Part shown: positions 25,713 through 40,499 of the stretch, in pieces
Position numbering within the stretch: the first letter of the stretch is position 1
Layout: each line of letters opens with the position of its first letter
The notes under the pieces: generated by a model
Seen by the model: only the letters and a program-made list of their open reading frames with translations
The model's database searches: none
What the model was told of the DNA's origin: nothing
Assembly (NCBI RefSeq): GCF_964355755.1
Contig: NC_092673.1
Location: 1,736,001 to 1,800,000, forward strand
Source of the DNA: Antedon mediterranea
Taxonomy: Eukaryota; Animalia; Echinodermata
DNA: 64,000 nt
Direction: 5' to 3'
Program-made: the position numbers and the translations under genes

Positions 25713-28340
25713 AAAAACGAATGTTTGAAAGTCAGACAACCAGTTTCCATCTGAAATCATATATATTTAGCTGTTTTCCTCATTATATCACTTATCACCC
25801 TATATAAATCAAAAAGGTTAGTTATGCTAGCGATCAAAATTAAAAAGATATAAAATTAGTATGCCTGCCTCATTTAGCCTGCCATTAAAATGATGAAAAG
25901 AGAGAATTGTCAATAAAGTGTGACGACACTGCTAAATAATGAAAGGGTGATCAGGCGTTTTATACACATACACATATTTTGTGTAATGTTGAGTCCTATA
26001 ATATAATAGACTATAGGCCTAATCCTACCAAAATACTGTGTTTTGAAATATGGTTTGGGTAAGGGATGTGAGAGTGATACTGTTGTGACGATGTATTTTA
26101 TTTACCATATTTCGATTGTTTAGTGTGATAAAGCTTGCAAATGTTATGTACAGTTCTGTTTTCGTTAAGTCTATTTCATTAGTATGTTTTGATGCTCTTG
26201 TTAAATTAGTACACCAAACTAAATGATGAATTTGTGTCGGTTTTCTAATTTGAAATAAATATATTATTATTGATTATCGGCCTATATCAGTATAAGTGGT
26301 TGTAATGCTTTGTAAGCCTACTGTATTCATTTATTCGTTAGGTTAGCGACGTTCCGAGTAGTGCTTTTTCCGAGACTAAATTTAAACTTTTGTAAGTCAA
26401 TTAGTGCTGTACTCTTATTGTAGTAAGTATTGTACTTGTTATTATTTATCTCATCACGGTTGCCATGATAATTTAGAAAATGAGTTTAAAACATATGGTT
26501 TACCAATGTTTGTCACCTGGCAATATGGTTAATGAACATTAATAATGCTATTGAAATAAGCCTAGCTACTAAACTCATTCTAAATCAGTTCTTGATAATT
26601 TAAGTACGGCATTGAACACCTTGTTGTAACTTTTTGATACTGTTGGATGTTGGATACAGCAGCTGGTGCGAAAATCGCACGATGTTTCAACGTTCATGCG
26701 GTGATCCCCTTGCAAACGTAATTATATTCGTATGATCCACAGCAATTAGCGACACCAAGAGAGATAATATTTGAATACATGCAACATTAACATCGTTCAA
26801 TTTTCACAACTGACAGTAAGAAAAACAAACAGTTAGATTAAGTTCAGGGTAATGTTGATGATCAGTGGCGTTAGCGATAATTACTTACACACTGTGTGTT
26901 CTTTTAAATCATGGGAAACAACCCGATTCGATGTTATCTATTCAGCTGATTAATTCGATTAATACAACATCAACGCAAGAGGTTAACACATGTTTAAAAC
27001 TTGTCCGGCGAAAATGAATTAATTAAAGATGAAAGCTAGAGGGACTGTGGGTTACCTTTAACCTGTTTCACCAACAGTTGCGTGACCCACGGGACACGAT
27101 TTTGTACGATTCGTTACCGACGAGAACAGACGCACGAGTATGCTGACCTACGGGACATGATTCCGTTGTAATGAGCAAAAGAGAACAGTTGATTATTTGT
27201 TGTCAATATATGCAGTAGGCCTACCTTATTTACTTTATAAATCCTATAATACTTAATAGAAAACGTCTTTTCTAATTGGTTATCGATTATCGAATGATTG
27301 ATTAATAGTTAGTTGATTGATCCTGTTCAAATTCAAACCTTAGCTTCTGTTATGAACATGTTAATTATACTATACTGTGTTACCAGTATGAACGTGATTA
27401 TTACAAATATTTTATTTAGGAAAAATGCATAACATAAGCGATCGTCACAATCACAGTTCTCTCAATGAAAAAGTTGACAATGTTCATTTTAGTTGTCAAA
27501 TGGGGGAGCACTGCCTTGCAGTCTTTGAAAACTTCATCAATTGATCATTAATTAAATAAAAAGTATGCCTCCATTAAATGGTAGCAATAATAATGGTAGG
27601 CTTTAATACAAAGTAAAGCATAAAAATTGTTATGGATTAAAGCCAATGAATTGAATATTACTACAAAATATCGTATATTTTAAAATTTTATTATACTCAT
27701 TTAAAATTCATAAATAATTAATAATTGAAAACAATGTCGCTTTTTTAAACAGCTGACGGTTGTTATAAAATAAAACAGATATAGGAATATTTATAATTTA
27801 AATATTCATAGGCCTATGCAAGCAACAGAATCATTAGGCCTAATTGAAAACATGCCATGCCATCACAGGTTATAGAGTTTATCTTCTTCTGAAGTAAGTA
27901 ACATCAAACTTCAGTATCATTTACAACCAAATACCGAACGACAAATTTCGTTCATGGGAATGACCACACGATTTTCTAATCATGATCATTTAGTCTCCAA
28001 CACTATATTCGGACATCCCTATTTTAAAGATAACGCCGCCAGTCATTAATTAATAAATATATAGGCCTAAACTGTCAACAATCATGACATTTCACAAACT
28101 ACTCAAATGAATATGCTGCGTCGATTGTTGAAAATCTATGTTTTTTGTTTAAACAATGCGAGCAATACATTATATGCTCACAGATTTAATGTAACATGTA
28201 TTGACATGTTTAGAAAGGGGTTTAACCAACAGTTAACCTATGACCCTATTCATCAAGGAGATTTTAAACTATGATAAACCGTTTGCCAAGTTACTTTTTT
28301 GTTTTCCACTAGAAAGAATAAAAATAAATATTTCTTTTAA

Positions 28341-28666
28341 AGATGTGTTGTCCCCCTTAAAAAATAATTCTTTAAACATTTTTGCTGAATATGCCATTTA
28401 ATGGCACAAACTATTTATTCACTTTGACCAAAAATTGGATTGAAACAAAAATTATTTATTTGAAAATAATTTAAAGCAAACATTGCCAAATGGGTTTTTG
28501 TTAATTTAAACATTTATTTTGTCATTTTTATAAGTGAAAACATAATTGTTTTAATTTTTGTTTTTCTATTGAAGTGATTAACTTGATAAAAACTTTCAAA
28601 ATAAGCTATTCAAAGTATGATTTAACTAATCTTCATTTTTTATGTTTTTTGGGGGGCAATACATCG
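28341..28666. mobile_element. Kolobok-like non-autonomous element just 3' of Lbx
   Basis: TTAA|AGATGTGTTGTCCCCC...GGGGGCAATACATCG|TTAA: imperfect TIR with TTAA on both sides. Confidence 0.75.
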
Positions 28667-28854
28667 TTAAGAGTAACATTAATGTTCATAAAATCGTGAC
28701 TGAATTACCCTGTTTGGAATGGCAAGAATTACTGTCCAGATTTGAAAGATCCACATAAACGCGTGTTCACACTTCTGCATATTTGTTAAAATATGAATAC
28801 ATTGAATATTTACAAACATTAACTGTACATTAGTTTACATATTTTAGTTCGTTT

Positions 28855-31800
28855 TCATGTTTGTTCTTTATCAGAGTGTAACGAATTCGTCATCATTTCT
28901 TCTCCTTCACTCTCTCCACATGAATCTTCTGATTCTTTAAGATTCTCTCGTTTTATCGTCGGTGTTCCATCATTTGATTCGGTTTCAGACGAGCAGTTTA
29001 ATACTGTTCCGTTCAAATGAACTGAGATTTGAGTTTCATCTCCGCCGTCGTCATCCGAATCTATTTGCCTTTCGTTTGGATTCGTTGCAGTTACGTCGGC
29101 GCTCAATTCGTCTAAATCACGTTTTAACTTAGCTCGTCTGTTCTGAAACCACGTTATAACTTGGGCATTTGTGAGGCCTAATGATGAGGCAATTTCATCC
29201 CTATCGGCAGGAGTGAGATATTTCTGATATAAGAATCGTCTTTCGAGTTCAAAGATTTGCTGGTTGGTAAAAGCGGTTCTTGATTTTCGTTTTTTTCGTG
29301 GCGGTTGACGGGCGAACAACGCAATTGCGTCCCTCTTGCCATGCGTAGCAGCAGCTAAAATGTAGAAAATATATATAGTATTAAAACATGTCAACGTGGA
29401 GTTTGAAATTTTAAAAAAAATCAATCATAATATTAATTGTCTGAATTCATAAAAATGATTTGTATACGTCAACTTTTATAAATTGAAGACCATTTTGAAG
29501 TCATATTGTTACGTGATCCAACGATTTTATATTCTAAAAATTACACGAGTATTTAATATTTCAAACAAACACATCAATCAAAAGTCTTAGAAAAATTATA
29601 AATGTAATTTAGGGAAACATCAAGAACGTTTTTCGGACGGAAATATTCTTTTATAATGGAAGGTCTCGTTAGGCTATCAGTCCACTCATGAAATACCGCA
29701 CTCAACTCCAATAATACTGATCGAAATACTAAGTAGCGGAGACAACTTTTCTGTGTATCATGATTTAAACTTTGGTTAAAAAGGTTAGAAAAAAATACGA
29801 TATATGAACCACGAACCCAATAGATAAATATTGTATTAGTGTAAGCTTATTTTTTAATGACAGTACGAACTAAGTACGATCGCTCAACCCAGTGCCAAGC
29901 AATGCCCTTTGATGAGGTTCAAAGTAGGCCGGCTTACTTAATCAACATGATTAATTATTTTTTTCCATATGTTTTCCATATGATTTTCAAAGGTTATTAA
30001 TGCTATATGAAAGGAGTAGGTGGTTGACAGGTACGCTGATTAATTGGTATAATATTGGAATAAACGGAAACAGAACTAGAGGCGGTCTGTTTTGTTCTAT
30101 AGCATAATTGTTTTATCCCATTTTAATTGGCCAATTTGATTCAATTTTGAATTGTTTAACCTGTCTGGATAATTACAAAATTATATTTGCTCTACCTTCC
30201 CGTCGTGTCATTTTTTATCATCTATTTGGGTGTGGACTTCCGACTTTTTGATATAGAATGTCCGAAAGGTTGGCAGGTTGGTGGAGTAAGTTAAAGAGTA
30301 AATGAAACAGAACTTGTGATTCATGGCCGTAAAGTCAATCAAACAGTTTAGCAATAAATTAACTTAAGTTCACACTTACACAAGTGTATACCTGGCTTCT
30401 GTTGAAAATTGTCACTCAGATTTGTCACATGTTTATTTTAGCAAAATGTTTTGCGTGAATCAGTAATATATATTGGCGTATAAATAATAGTTTGGTTAAT
30501 AAGTAGGGTACCGGGTTGTATTTAATAATATTTTCAAAACAAAACCTAGCTTACTGCGGTTGTTTTTGTCCAAAAACATTACATAATATCAAGCCTGTTA
30601 CCAGGGAGTTCGAAAGAAACCCCCCTTTTCCAGAAGATCTCTTTTCAAACCATACGGTAGTCAATTCTATTGACTATGTTCAAACTAACAACCAGCAGCA
30701 AACGTTCTAGTAATACTACTGTTTGGCCAATTCTACATACAGGCAAATTACTTGTCTGCTAATATAGGCTAGGCCAAAATCTTTCTTTTTTTGTGCTTAG
30801 TACGGTAGTTCACGCTTGCACTTTTTTTTGCGGAAAAAGAACCCCCTAATTAATACTAAACAGGTAAAATAATACTTCATCTTTTAAAATATTGTTTTTC
30901 TAAGTAGGCAATGCCTAATAATATAAACTTTTGAATTAGAAAAAGAAAGAAGAAATACAGAGTAGTTACGATACGCGTGTTTAGTTCCTACTTATATAAT
31001 TGTTTTATAGATGAAACTAAATTGACAAACATTTATCTTTGATCTTAGAAATCAATAGTTCTGTAATTATAATTATCATTCAATAATCCAAGTATTGTAA
31101 TAATGGCTGCCTCAATTTCTTTTGTCGATAAAACGTTTTTCTATTATTAAATTACAAATATTGACAGATGCCTTTAAATAATTATTTATTGATTATTTAA
31201 CTTTATTTAAAAAGTCACTGGTAATTAATTATTGTTTGAATTCGGCCTCATTCATCATATGGTTTATAACTTTATACATTGCATTATAAATGACCTCCTT
31301 ATCACGGTAAAAGTAAATACGATACGTTAAAATAGACAGTAATAAGAAATAAAATAAACAAACTTGATGAAACATGTTAACCCAACCCACATTAGAGTGC
31401 TAATTCTAATACATTATGTCAATAAATAGGACCAACAGCCCGACACGCATTCGAGAATTTAAAACGTCACATTTGATAGATATCTAACGCCCTGCCCTCT
31501 ATCTATTTCATCTATCTATTTAATTTATAAATTAAATTCTTTATATTAGTTGTAATATCTACAAACAACATGCACATAACGTTGTTGCATTATCGGTAAT
31601 AGAATACGAACAGTGACCAACTGAGACCTGTGGGAGGTCGCAGTTACAGAAACACCAAACACAGGTGCATAAACTCTACGTTTGACAAATCTTAATTTGC
31701 CGAATTAAACATCATCTAGATATACTTATTAACAATTACAAATAGAGGGAGAGCTATATCGTATGGCAATTCCTACAATATCCGTCATCTTTGTTGATGT

Positions 31801-33925
31801 ACACTTTTATAGGACAGTTCCTTGGATACCGTAGCTAATACTAGAATCAACGTATAGGCCTAGGCCAAATGTGAATAATTCGTTCAGATATTCTTGTTTT
31901 CATTCTCGTTGTTGATGCTAGGTCTAGTTAAAAATGTGAAAAAATCGTATGAAAAACAGATATAGTTTTACCTGCAGGCGTTAATTATAAAAACATGAAT
32001 TTCATTTTACACGCATGGCCTAATAAAATTCAATTTCATTTATTTACATAAACCATATATACTACAATACAATGATTGAAAGTATATTATTAGTATTATA
32101 TCCATCAATGTGAACATAAGTTACCGAAAATAACATAACTCTGAACAAATTGGTCACCTAAACAACTTATAACTTATATATAACTTATATTTATATATTT
32201 ATAACCAATACTATCAACATTTTGGTCTATTTTAGTAGAAATCTCTCAATACGAACGTTAGGCCTAGAGAAAATTTAATTCGATGTAGGCCTAAATGCAA
32301 TTCGTTTATCATTTATTAAATTGTTTATTATCTGTTATATAAACCAATAATACGGTGCCACATCCCAAACAACACGCCCTTAGATAGAATCGATCCTTTT
32401 TTCTTAAGTTAGAAAAACAAAAAAGGCTATAGCCCATATAGGTAAACAATAACAGATAAATAGGCCCGGTTCATTCGCTAAGTATGACTCAGATGTAACA
32501 TAGAATAACCCCAGATAAAACCCAAAATACACATTTGATACATCTGAGCGAACTTTTCATTAGTGAATTCATCATAATGGAATAATAAATTACCAAAAGT
32601 ATGAATTGAAACGATTTTTCAAGTTGTACTTGCTGTAGGATTTTACGTACTGAAATATCAGCAAAGCCATAAACATGTATTTGATATTTAATTAAAATAG
32701 TAAAATATACAAAGTACAAGAATACTTTTTTTTAAATGTCAACTTATTTCCAATGGGGTAAAACAAAGTCAGTTCGAATCTGGTGCAATTGTACATTATT
32801 ATAGGCATATTTAGCAAGAAAATGCATGCAATGACATAACGTTTTCCGATGTAAACAATTTAACTTCTTAGACCTAATATATTTATATATTAAGAAGTTA
32901 TTTTTGTTTACATTTTGTTTTATATAGCTAGATTGAGTGATGCATTCCATGCCTTTAGTTAATAACTGTCTATCGAATAAACTTTATTCTATGAGGGTAG
33001 CTATGGGTTTAAAATTAGTTATGTGTACCAAATGTAATCGGGGCAATATCTAATGGCTTTTTATATTATTATTATATAACTATTATACTATTATTTTTTT
33101 TCTTTAAAACAACAATTAATCATGGATTGATTTATCTTCCTAAGTTCCTTACTTGAACTCAATCAATAAGCTTGTTTCTCTACTATAGTGCCAGATTAGT
33201 AATTAGGTGAAGTGTCTCTTACTGTTGGTTTTTAATATTTCTTTCCCTTTTAATTCTATGATTTCGACTAATTATTCAATTGTTTTTAAATACATTCCTT
33301 ATTCTATATTTTTACCAACAATGATACGAACTTAAGGTAACACTGCGGATTAATGTTGCTTGTAAGTGGTAAAGAAAACTTTAAATTACTTTCTTAAATT
33401 GTTTAGAATAGAAATGAATTACGGTATTAGGTTAAAACAAAAACATTGAATCATCAACATGTTTCTTGAAAGTATTTTAATTGTTTTAAAACAGAAGTTT
33501 AGTACGGGATAAATGTCAATACCAAATCTGATTATTATATCATTATACATTAAATGAAATGTTGAATCTTTATATTTACCTTCGGCGGCTTTAAGTATAC
33601 CAGTTTCAAGACCAGTAAACGTCTTATTTGTTAGTTCTTCCAAGGCGGACAGTGGCGATCCACCGTCAGCGTCCCTGTTTGACGAGTGCTTTCTAGATGA
33701 TGTTGTCAAACTTGCGATAGTGATGGGGCAACGTTCCGCCCGGCTTACAACTTGTCCTCCCACAGTTCTTTCCAGCTTTTGTATTTTTTTGCAATCACCA
33801 CCAGTCAAAATATCCTTAATTAAAAACGAGGTAAGAGGTTTTCCTGGATTTCTTGGTGGACTCAATTCAACACCAGCAAGTTTTTGAAGAGATCCTACGA
33901 GATCAGACGAAGCCAACATAGTCAT
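28855..33925 (-). CDS. LBX1: Ladybird (Lbx) homeobox transcription factor, 281 aa; exons 33925-33580 and 29354-28855
   Basis: eh1 motif PLTSFLIKDIL; Lbx motif SPLSALEELTNKTFTGLE; homeodomain KRKSRTAFTNQQIFELERRFLYQKYLTPADRDEIASSLGLTNAQVITWFQNRRAKLKR; acidic C-terminus. A phase-1 GT-AG intron joins 346+500 nt in frame. The start could be ATG 33925 or 33919. Confidence 0.95.
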
Positions 33926-36900
33926 GTTGATCGCTTCTTCGGGAATACTCGAAATTAAAAGATTTATTCCAAGAGATTGTTGCAATACACGTCTTGTGTT
34001 TATCGTGTGGTGTTCAGTAATACGTTAGGACCATGTGTTAATTTGTTGTATACATCATCCAGTTTTCCTGTCTTTGGTTACTATACGTAACTAGCGTATT
34101 CGTTGTGACCCTTAAGGGAAGAGGAGAGGCGAAATACATCCGCCACTTGTCACTAATGTCGTTAGTCACGCTAATTGGTCAATCTTGTTTCATTGGCTCC
34201 TAATCTAATTAACTAACGCTTAACTGTGTTGTTTCAACCAATCAACGTATGACATGGATCAAATAAATTGATTACTTTACCGCCATGGTTTGTGCATACC
34301 CATCGCGTTAGGCCGTAGCAAGAGTAACAAATGCAAAATAAATATTCAACTTTGGCTAATCAGCTGCGATCAAATTTTCTAATATTCACAGGGAGCCACC
34401 TCCATGTAGGCGTTTGCGAAACAATATGCCAAACGTCGCACACAACTCACAATAATCTATTTTTAAAACTTTGCTGAAAACTCAAACATCTTTCCAAATA
34501 GAACCCCCTGGATATGTGGCAACGAATCTACTTTGGTCTTTTCTTAAAACGATTATTTCTGTTTCTGTTTACATGTAAAATTGAGAACATTTGTATTACT
34601 CTGCCACCTGCCGTTTGTCGGTCTTCGTCAATTGCGTTTATCAGTTTCGTTTGTATAAAGTAGTATTGTATTGTATTGTTTTTAATTTAAGATTGTTGAA
34701 CTCCATGGACCATGTGTACAAAACGCTGGTGTCCACATGTGAGTGTAGAAATAATATTAAATGATTTGTTTCTGATGATTTTCTGATGTTTGGGTTACCC
34801 ACGTCCAATGCAAAACGAGTCGAAAACAGAAATACATGTTGATGTTTTACATCATAACATAATACCGTACTTTATGATATTCGTAACATTATCACCAGGC
34901 GTACTTAGATGTACTACTAGTTATTATAGAATATTTATTATTTATTATTTATTATACTCTAACTCCATTCGACAAGTATTCAAAGAAAGAAATAAAGAAA
35001 ATATTATTAACAGTGTGTGCCCTGTAGCACTGTTGAAACACAACACAACAATTTATAATAAATCTAGTTGTGTTGATATTTGATTTCACTGCTGACTAGA
35101 GGAATAACATTAATTTGATTGTTAAAAGTGTTACAAGTAAATAAATCATTATTTTTCTAAATATTACTAATTATTAATTAATGATCTGCGCAACAGATGT
35201 ACCAAGCTCAGCAGCCGAAATCAATCTTCTTGTTAGTTCAACCGACAAGTTTACATTGGTTAATAATGTGCCACGTGATTATGACGTAATCAAAATGGAA
35301 GTTTTCCTTTTCGGTTTTTATTAGGTAAAATAAATTTCGTTGAATTTCCTTCATACCGGTACATTATAAGTTTTGCGAGTGATTCCTTGATGTTTTGTTT
35401 TACATTTTATAGAAGCACCGTTTTACCCAGATTCTTAGGCCTAAATTGATTAATCAAATAACACTCAAAGATAATAAACGACTGGTATTTTGAGGAAACT
35501 AGTTTAACTATACCAGGCCCTTCCTACTTTACTTTAGCACTTCCCTGTCGAAAGCTGACAAGTTTTACAGTTTATTTTAGTAGTTTCCGTTAAATTTAAA
35601 CCAACATTGATTACCAGACTTAATTTGTTGATTGAAATTTGTTGATGCACCATTCTGTCAAGTCTGAACAAAGATATAATAGAATATGATATTAATATTA
35701 TAGGCCTACAATCAACTTTCCCAATTCTGGACACCTTTGGGCTGGCCAAATATGTCTGCCGTTCCAGAAAGTCTGGTGTTCGGAATTGGGAGAGTCGACT
35801 GTATAATACGATATATATTTCGAACGCAAGCCACAGACATACGTAGGCTTATGTACAATCAGACAGACAGAACATCAGACACCAATGTCAAGGTAGTACG
35901 TATTAATTTTTGATTAATTTCTTATCGTCTGATTACTACCGTTGATACTCTAGTTGACCTCTGACACCATAATTCATTTTCCTTTTTGAGCTCATCAATT
36001 AGTCTGATAGCTTTAATTTACCTCTTTCACAATCACATACTTCCGGTATTATAAGCTAATTATTGCAATAATGTAAAAAGGAAGAGAATGATTGTAAATA
36101 AAAACATTTTCTAAAAGTAAAGTCAGTGAAGAAAACGTTTTCACTTACGTATTTTGAGTCATTTTCCAAATAAATTTAAATCAAATCAAACACTTTCATT
36201 AAGTTTCATGTTGCGCCTTTGGCGTTCCATATTATGATATGAGTGATGGGTTGATGAGATTGCTAACCACCCACAAGCTATAAATTTTAGTGTAGTTTGC
36301 ATCATTATGACCGGGGGCTATGCAGCTTTTAACTGTTTGAACAACTGTAGTTAATGGTGTCATACGATGAGCATTTTTTTGTTTATTTGCCGTCAGGATA
36401 TTCTGGTGATTATACCTAACCTTGCTGATAAGCATTTATTTCACGCTTGCTAATCACCTCTAATAACAGACGTATGTTTAATCATGCCATACAAGTGTGT
36501 TATCTCACTTTTAGATGATTAATACAAAACTTCCATTTTTAAATCTGAAAATGTAATTTAAAACAAGAAAGATTTCTTACAAAAAACGTATTTAATGTAA
36601 GAAATAATGATTTATTGTCAATTATTAAAAAAAAAACATGATGAGACTAACTTAAGTCAGACAAAAAACTTTGAGAAAGTTTTATTATCAAAAATCATAT
36701 ATTGAAATTCCAAAACATGATTATTACAGTATTATTGGAAGGATATTTCAAATTCAATTCAACTTCAATTCAATTTTATCATCATCATTATGTATGTGCA
36801 TAATTAAAGAAGGCACTTCAAAGATAAGTGGTATATAGTGCCTACTAATAATAATATATGAGGTCAATCAAAACTTTATTATGTGCCACTTTTCCCCTTT

Positions 36901-39407
36901 TTTCCTTTTTTCCCCTTTTTTCCTTTTTTCCCCTTTTCTGCAAACCATACAGTATTAATAATAACCGATGAATTATTTAAATTTAGGGCCTAAGTTTCGA
37001 ATAAAAAATTTTAAAATAAATATGTTTATGGTTTCGATAAGTAAAGCATTCACCTTTCTAGGCTCATTAATGTCCATTTGACAGAATGAGCGTGTTGGCA
37101 CAGGTGCAGGCATAAACATTGCTACTAGTTAAACCACTAGCGGTTATTACAATCAACAAAACAGTGAGACTACTTTGCTGTTTCACAATGATGTGATTGT
37201 GGTTTATTACAAATACTTTCACCAATCTAGGTACCATAAAATATGTACATTAATGTAATATATGAAATCATTTTTATTTCATTTATTCTCCTAAAAAAAC
37301 AAGGACAATTAAAGGTAAAAATATAAATAAATAAAAAAGTGTCATGGGACAAAAATAAACCAAATCACTGTCGAGTGGGAACCCTTAAAAATACATAAAT
37401 TACAATAAAACATTTTTAAAACAGTCAATATTTTTAATAAATCAATTTTGACGTTGTTATGATTGGTCATATATTATATTTATTTATATATACATATTAT
37501 TTGCATACCGTGCACCTGTATCAGGTGGCATTGATTTGTCTAAAGGTGTAGGTGCTGCGTGTATGCTCATTGTGGAAAAGGTTTTTATTAGCATTGCAGC
37601 AGGGAATAGCGTAACATCAATATTATTGTAGTAGAAATATTATGTAATAATTAACAAACGCGTCTTAACTAAAATTAAGTTCGTACTTAATATCATCGAA
37701 TTTCAAAACGCTTTAAATGCGAGTCATACCTTTTTATTTCTAATTTATTATTTGAATCAAATCGAATGCGCTAACAATCTTTCTAAAAAAGAACAAACAT
37801 TACGTATTCAAACGTATAATATTGCAAAGAAAACGAACTCCAAACAAAACATTTGCTAAAATATATTTATTAGTTTGTGTTTGTTTCAAATAGATAAAAG
37901 AAAGTATCGCATTTATGGATTTATTGCATTTTCTTCTTGTTCCATTATGACATGAATTCTCTGAGAATTTGCTGCCAAGATATTAAAACTTGTCACAATT
38001 TATTACAATGTTTCACAACGATTGCATAAAATAATTTATATTTGTTGCGTTAAGTGGCCAGTAAAGTAATAGCCGCACGTATGTTGTTCATGTCTATGAG
38101 GTAGAAGGGTTCAGAAAAGTTAAAGTAATGGCCCAATCTAATCAGGTGTAATGGAAATCTACATTGACTGAACACATGACTTTTATCAACATACGGCTAT
38201 CAAATTAAGAAAGGTTTGGGTTCCATATTATTTGTCGACATGTTTTGGATATAGTTTAGATAATTGTGCCAAATGTCCCCTTAAATATACCTGCCGTTAC
38301 AATCGATTTATAAGGCGCATGTGTTGGATGTTGGTATGACTTCCCAAGGCTACTTACACACTAATCACTTCAAGACGTTCTTATGATAGTTGCCCTTACT
38401 CCCTCCGGAGAATTCTTTCGGCAAATTTCAAAGGAGAATTGGGAATAAAAGGACATTTTTACAAACCACCGCTATAAATTATTACTTCAGCGGATGTGTA
38501 ATAATGAAAGATGGAAAGTATTTCACTCAATTACAAATCCTTGAAGGGGTTTCCAAACATTTTGATTTGTTTCTTCTTTATATATTGAAAACACTTTACG
38601 ATAAAAACCATCAGTTGCTGGATTTACGATATGGGCCGTAACATAAAACGTCTTTAGCAAATCCAGTTATAAGCCTAAAATCTCTACTCAATCAAACTGA
38701 AAATGGTATATTAATTGAATGAAGTTATACTATAATGATGAACTGTACTATAATAATGACCATATAATTGATCATTATCATAAATTCAGAAGGTCATATT
38801 AAACAAGCGATTAGGAGTTAAGCGAAAAATAATAATAATTTATTTCATTGATATCGTTCATACAAAAATGCATACCCTCTTATCAGCAAGTGTACGCGCG
38901 CGTATTTTTTCGTACCGCGCCGTATGGACGAATCATCTTCATGTATTTCTAATAATTTGAAAGTTTTCCACCAGACAGATTGTTGACGAGATAAATGTAG
39001 TGTTAGGCTTGTCAAGTTAGTTCCTACCGGTATGATTAATGACAACCTGTCACCGTGAAAGCGACAGTGGAGCAACTGAGGAGCTTAAAGAGGGTCGATT
39101 TGAGAAGACCTAATTGATGTACATAACAAATGTTAAGGTATCATATGAGTGTATAATCGCCGGACCAATCCCCTCTGCTGCTACCCATCACAGGGTGTTT
39201 AACCCCTAATATGATTACCATGATTTATACGCTTCCTATAGCTGCCAGGTTGCATGCTTTTACTCCCTGTGGACCGGTACCTTGATGGGTCTATGAACAA
39301 ACAAGGCTGACGAAATTACCTTTTCAAAAGACTTCTTGTTTGCCAACAATGAAATTTTCTCGTAAATTATATTGTGTGTATAGCTGATGACAGATTGGAA
39401 ATCTTAA

Positions 39408-40499
39408 GGCCCTGTTCAGACCCATGGCGTTAGACCGTTTTAGCGTACAACGTTACTAGCAAGGTCACGTTACAAACCGCAGAGAAAAAAACGAGGTGTT
39501 CAGACCCATAGCGTACGATTATCGTTACAACGGAAGTACGTCATTCAGGTTGTTTCTAGTTGCATATTCATGTGCTCTTACCCACGTGTTTTCATCATTA
39601 TTTCCACTGTGTATAGGCCTAGGCCTAGATCTCAGCCCTACAATTATGACAAAGTTTGCCGTAAATAAAACAACATACCTCAGCATTTATTTAAGAAAAA
39701 TATAGTAAAGCCAAATTTCTGTTTCTATTGTTTTTATTTTGTATTTTGTATTAAAAAACATTTTCCCCAGGTTCTTGTGTTACGAAAATAAAGCAGGCCT
39801 CCTAATGATGAAGAAAAAATTGATTGTGATAGTCTATCCAGTCCAGTCAAAGATATATATTCTTTGTTCCAGTAGGTTGAAAATAATCCTTAACTTGCTA
39901 ATAAAAGGGACACAGCTCCCCTTGTTTGTTTACTGATTTTTTTAGGAGTTAGGGGGTTTTCAGCATTAAACTTGTCCAGTCTAGTCTGCCTTGTATATGA
40001 ATGAGTGACTTGATGTCCCACGCTAGTTTTTAGCTTGAATGAAATGCGTGAATGACTCTAGGCCTAGCTAGGCCTAAAAGCGGATGGGATCGTAGTCCCT
40101 ATGTTTAAATACAAGGTGCATGTATTTATGTCATTTGTTAGAAAATATAATGGTAATCAGTTGATAGTAGTTTGTAGCCTTTGTAACAGTTGTATTTGTA
40201 GTGTAGTTAGGCCTTATTTATTCTGGCCTTTTTGTTATTGAAATCCATCTCACACATTGACGATACAAGATGTCAGCCTAGGTCAAACCTTGTTTCGCGT
40301 CATAACAGGAAACGTTCTGATTGGATACAACGTTGACTTACAGTAGCGTCGTACGCTAAAACGGTACTATCAACCGTTTTCCACTACAACGCTACAACCG
40401 TTGTACGACGCGTTGTACGCTAATCCCCAACTGTTCAGACACACATTCTTTTAGCGTCGTACGCTAAAACGGTCTAACGCCATGGGTCTGAACAGGGCC
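39408..40499. mobile_element. Young non-autonomous PIF/Harbinger-type DNA transposon, ~1.09 kb
   Basis: Perfect 41-bp TIR GGCCCTGTTCAGACCCATGGCGTTAGACCGTTTTAGCGTAC; TAA target duplication (39405-39407 and 40500-40502); subterminal repeats of TIR motifs; no transposase ORF. Confidence 0.92.

Noticed and set aside
12000-28000. Numerous 60-100 aa hydrophobic ORFs
   Set aside because: F/I/L/K-rich products expected from AT-rich non-coding DNA or MITE bodies; no motifs or splice-consistent structure.
33926-33985. N-terminal extension of Lbx predicted by the ORF track
   Set aside because: It begins at TTG; the first in-frame ATG is at 33925. The ORF tail beyond 33580 is intron.
36889-36938. Polypyrimidine (CCTTTTT)n tract, also (TTTTTTCTGA)n at 8658-8697
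   Set aside because: Simple low-complexity repeats with no supporting context.
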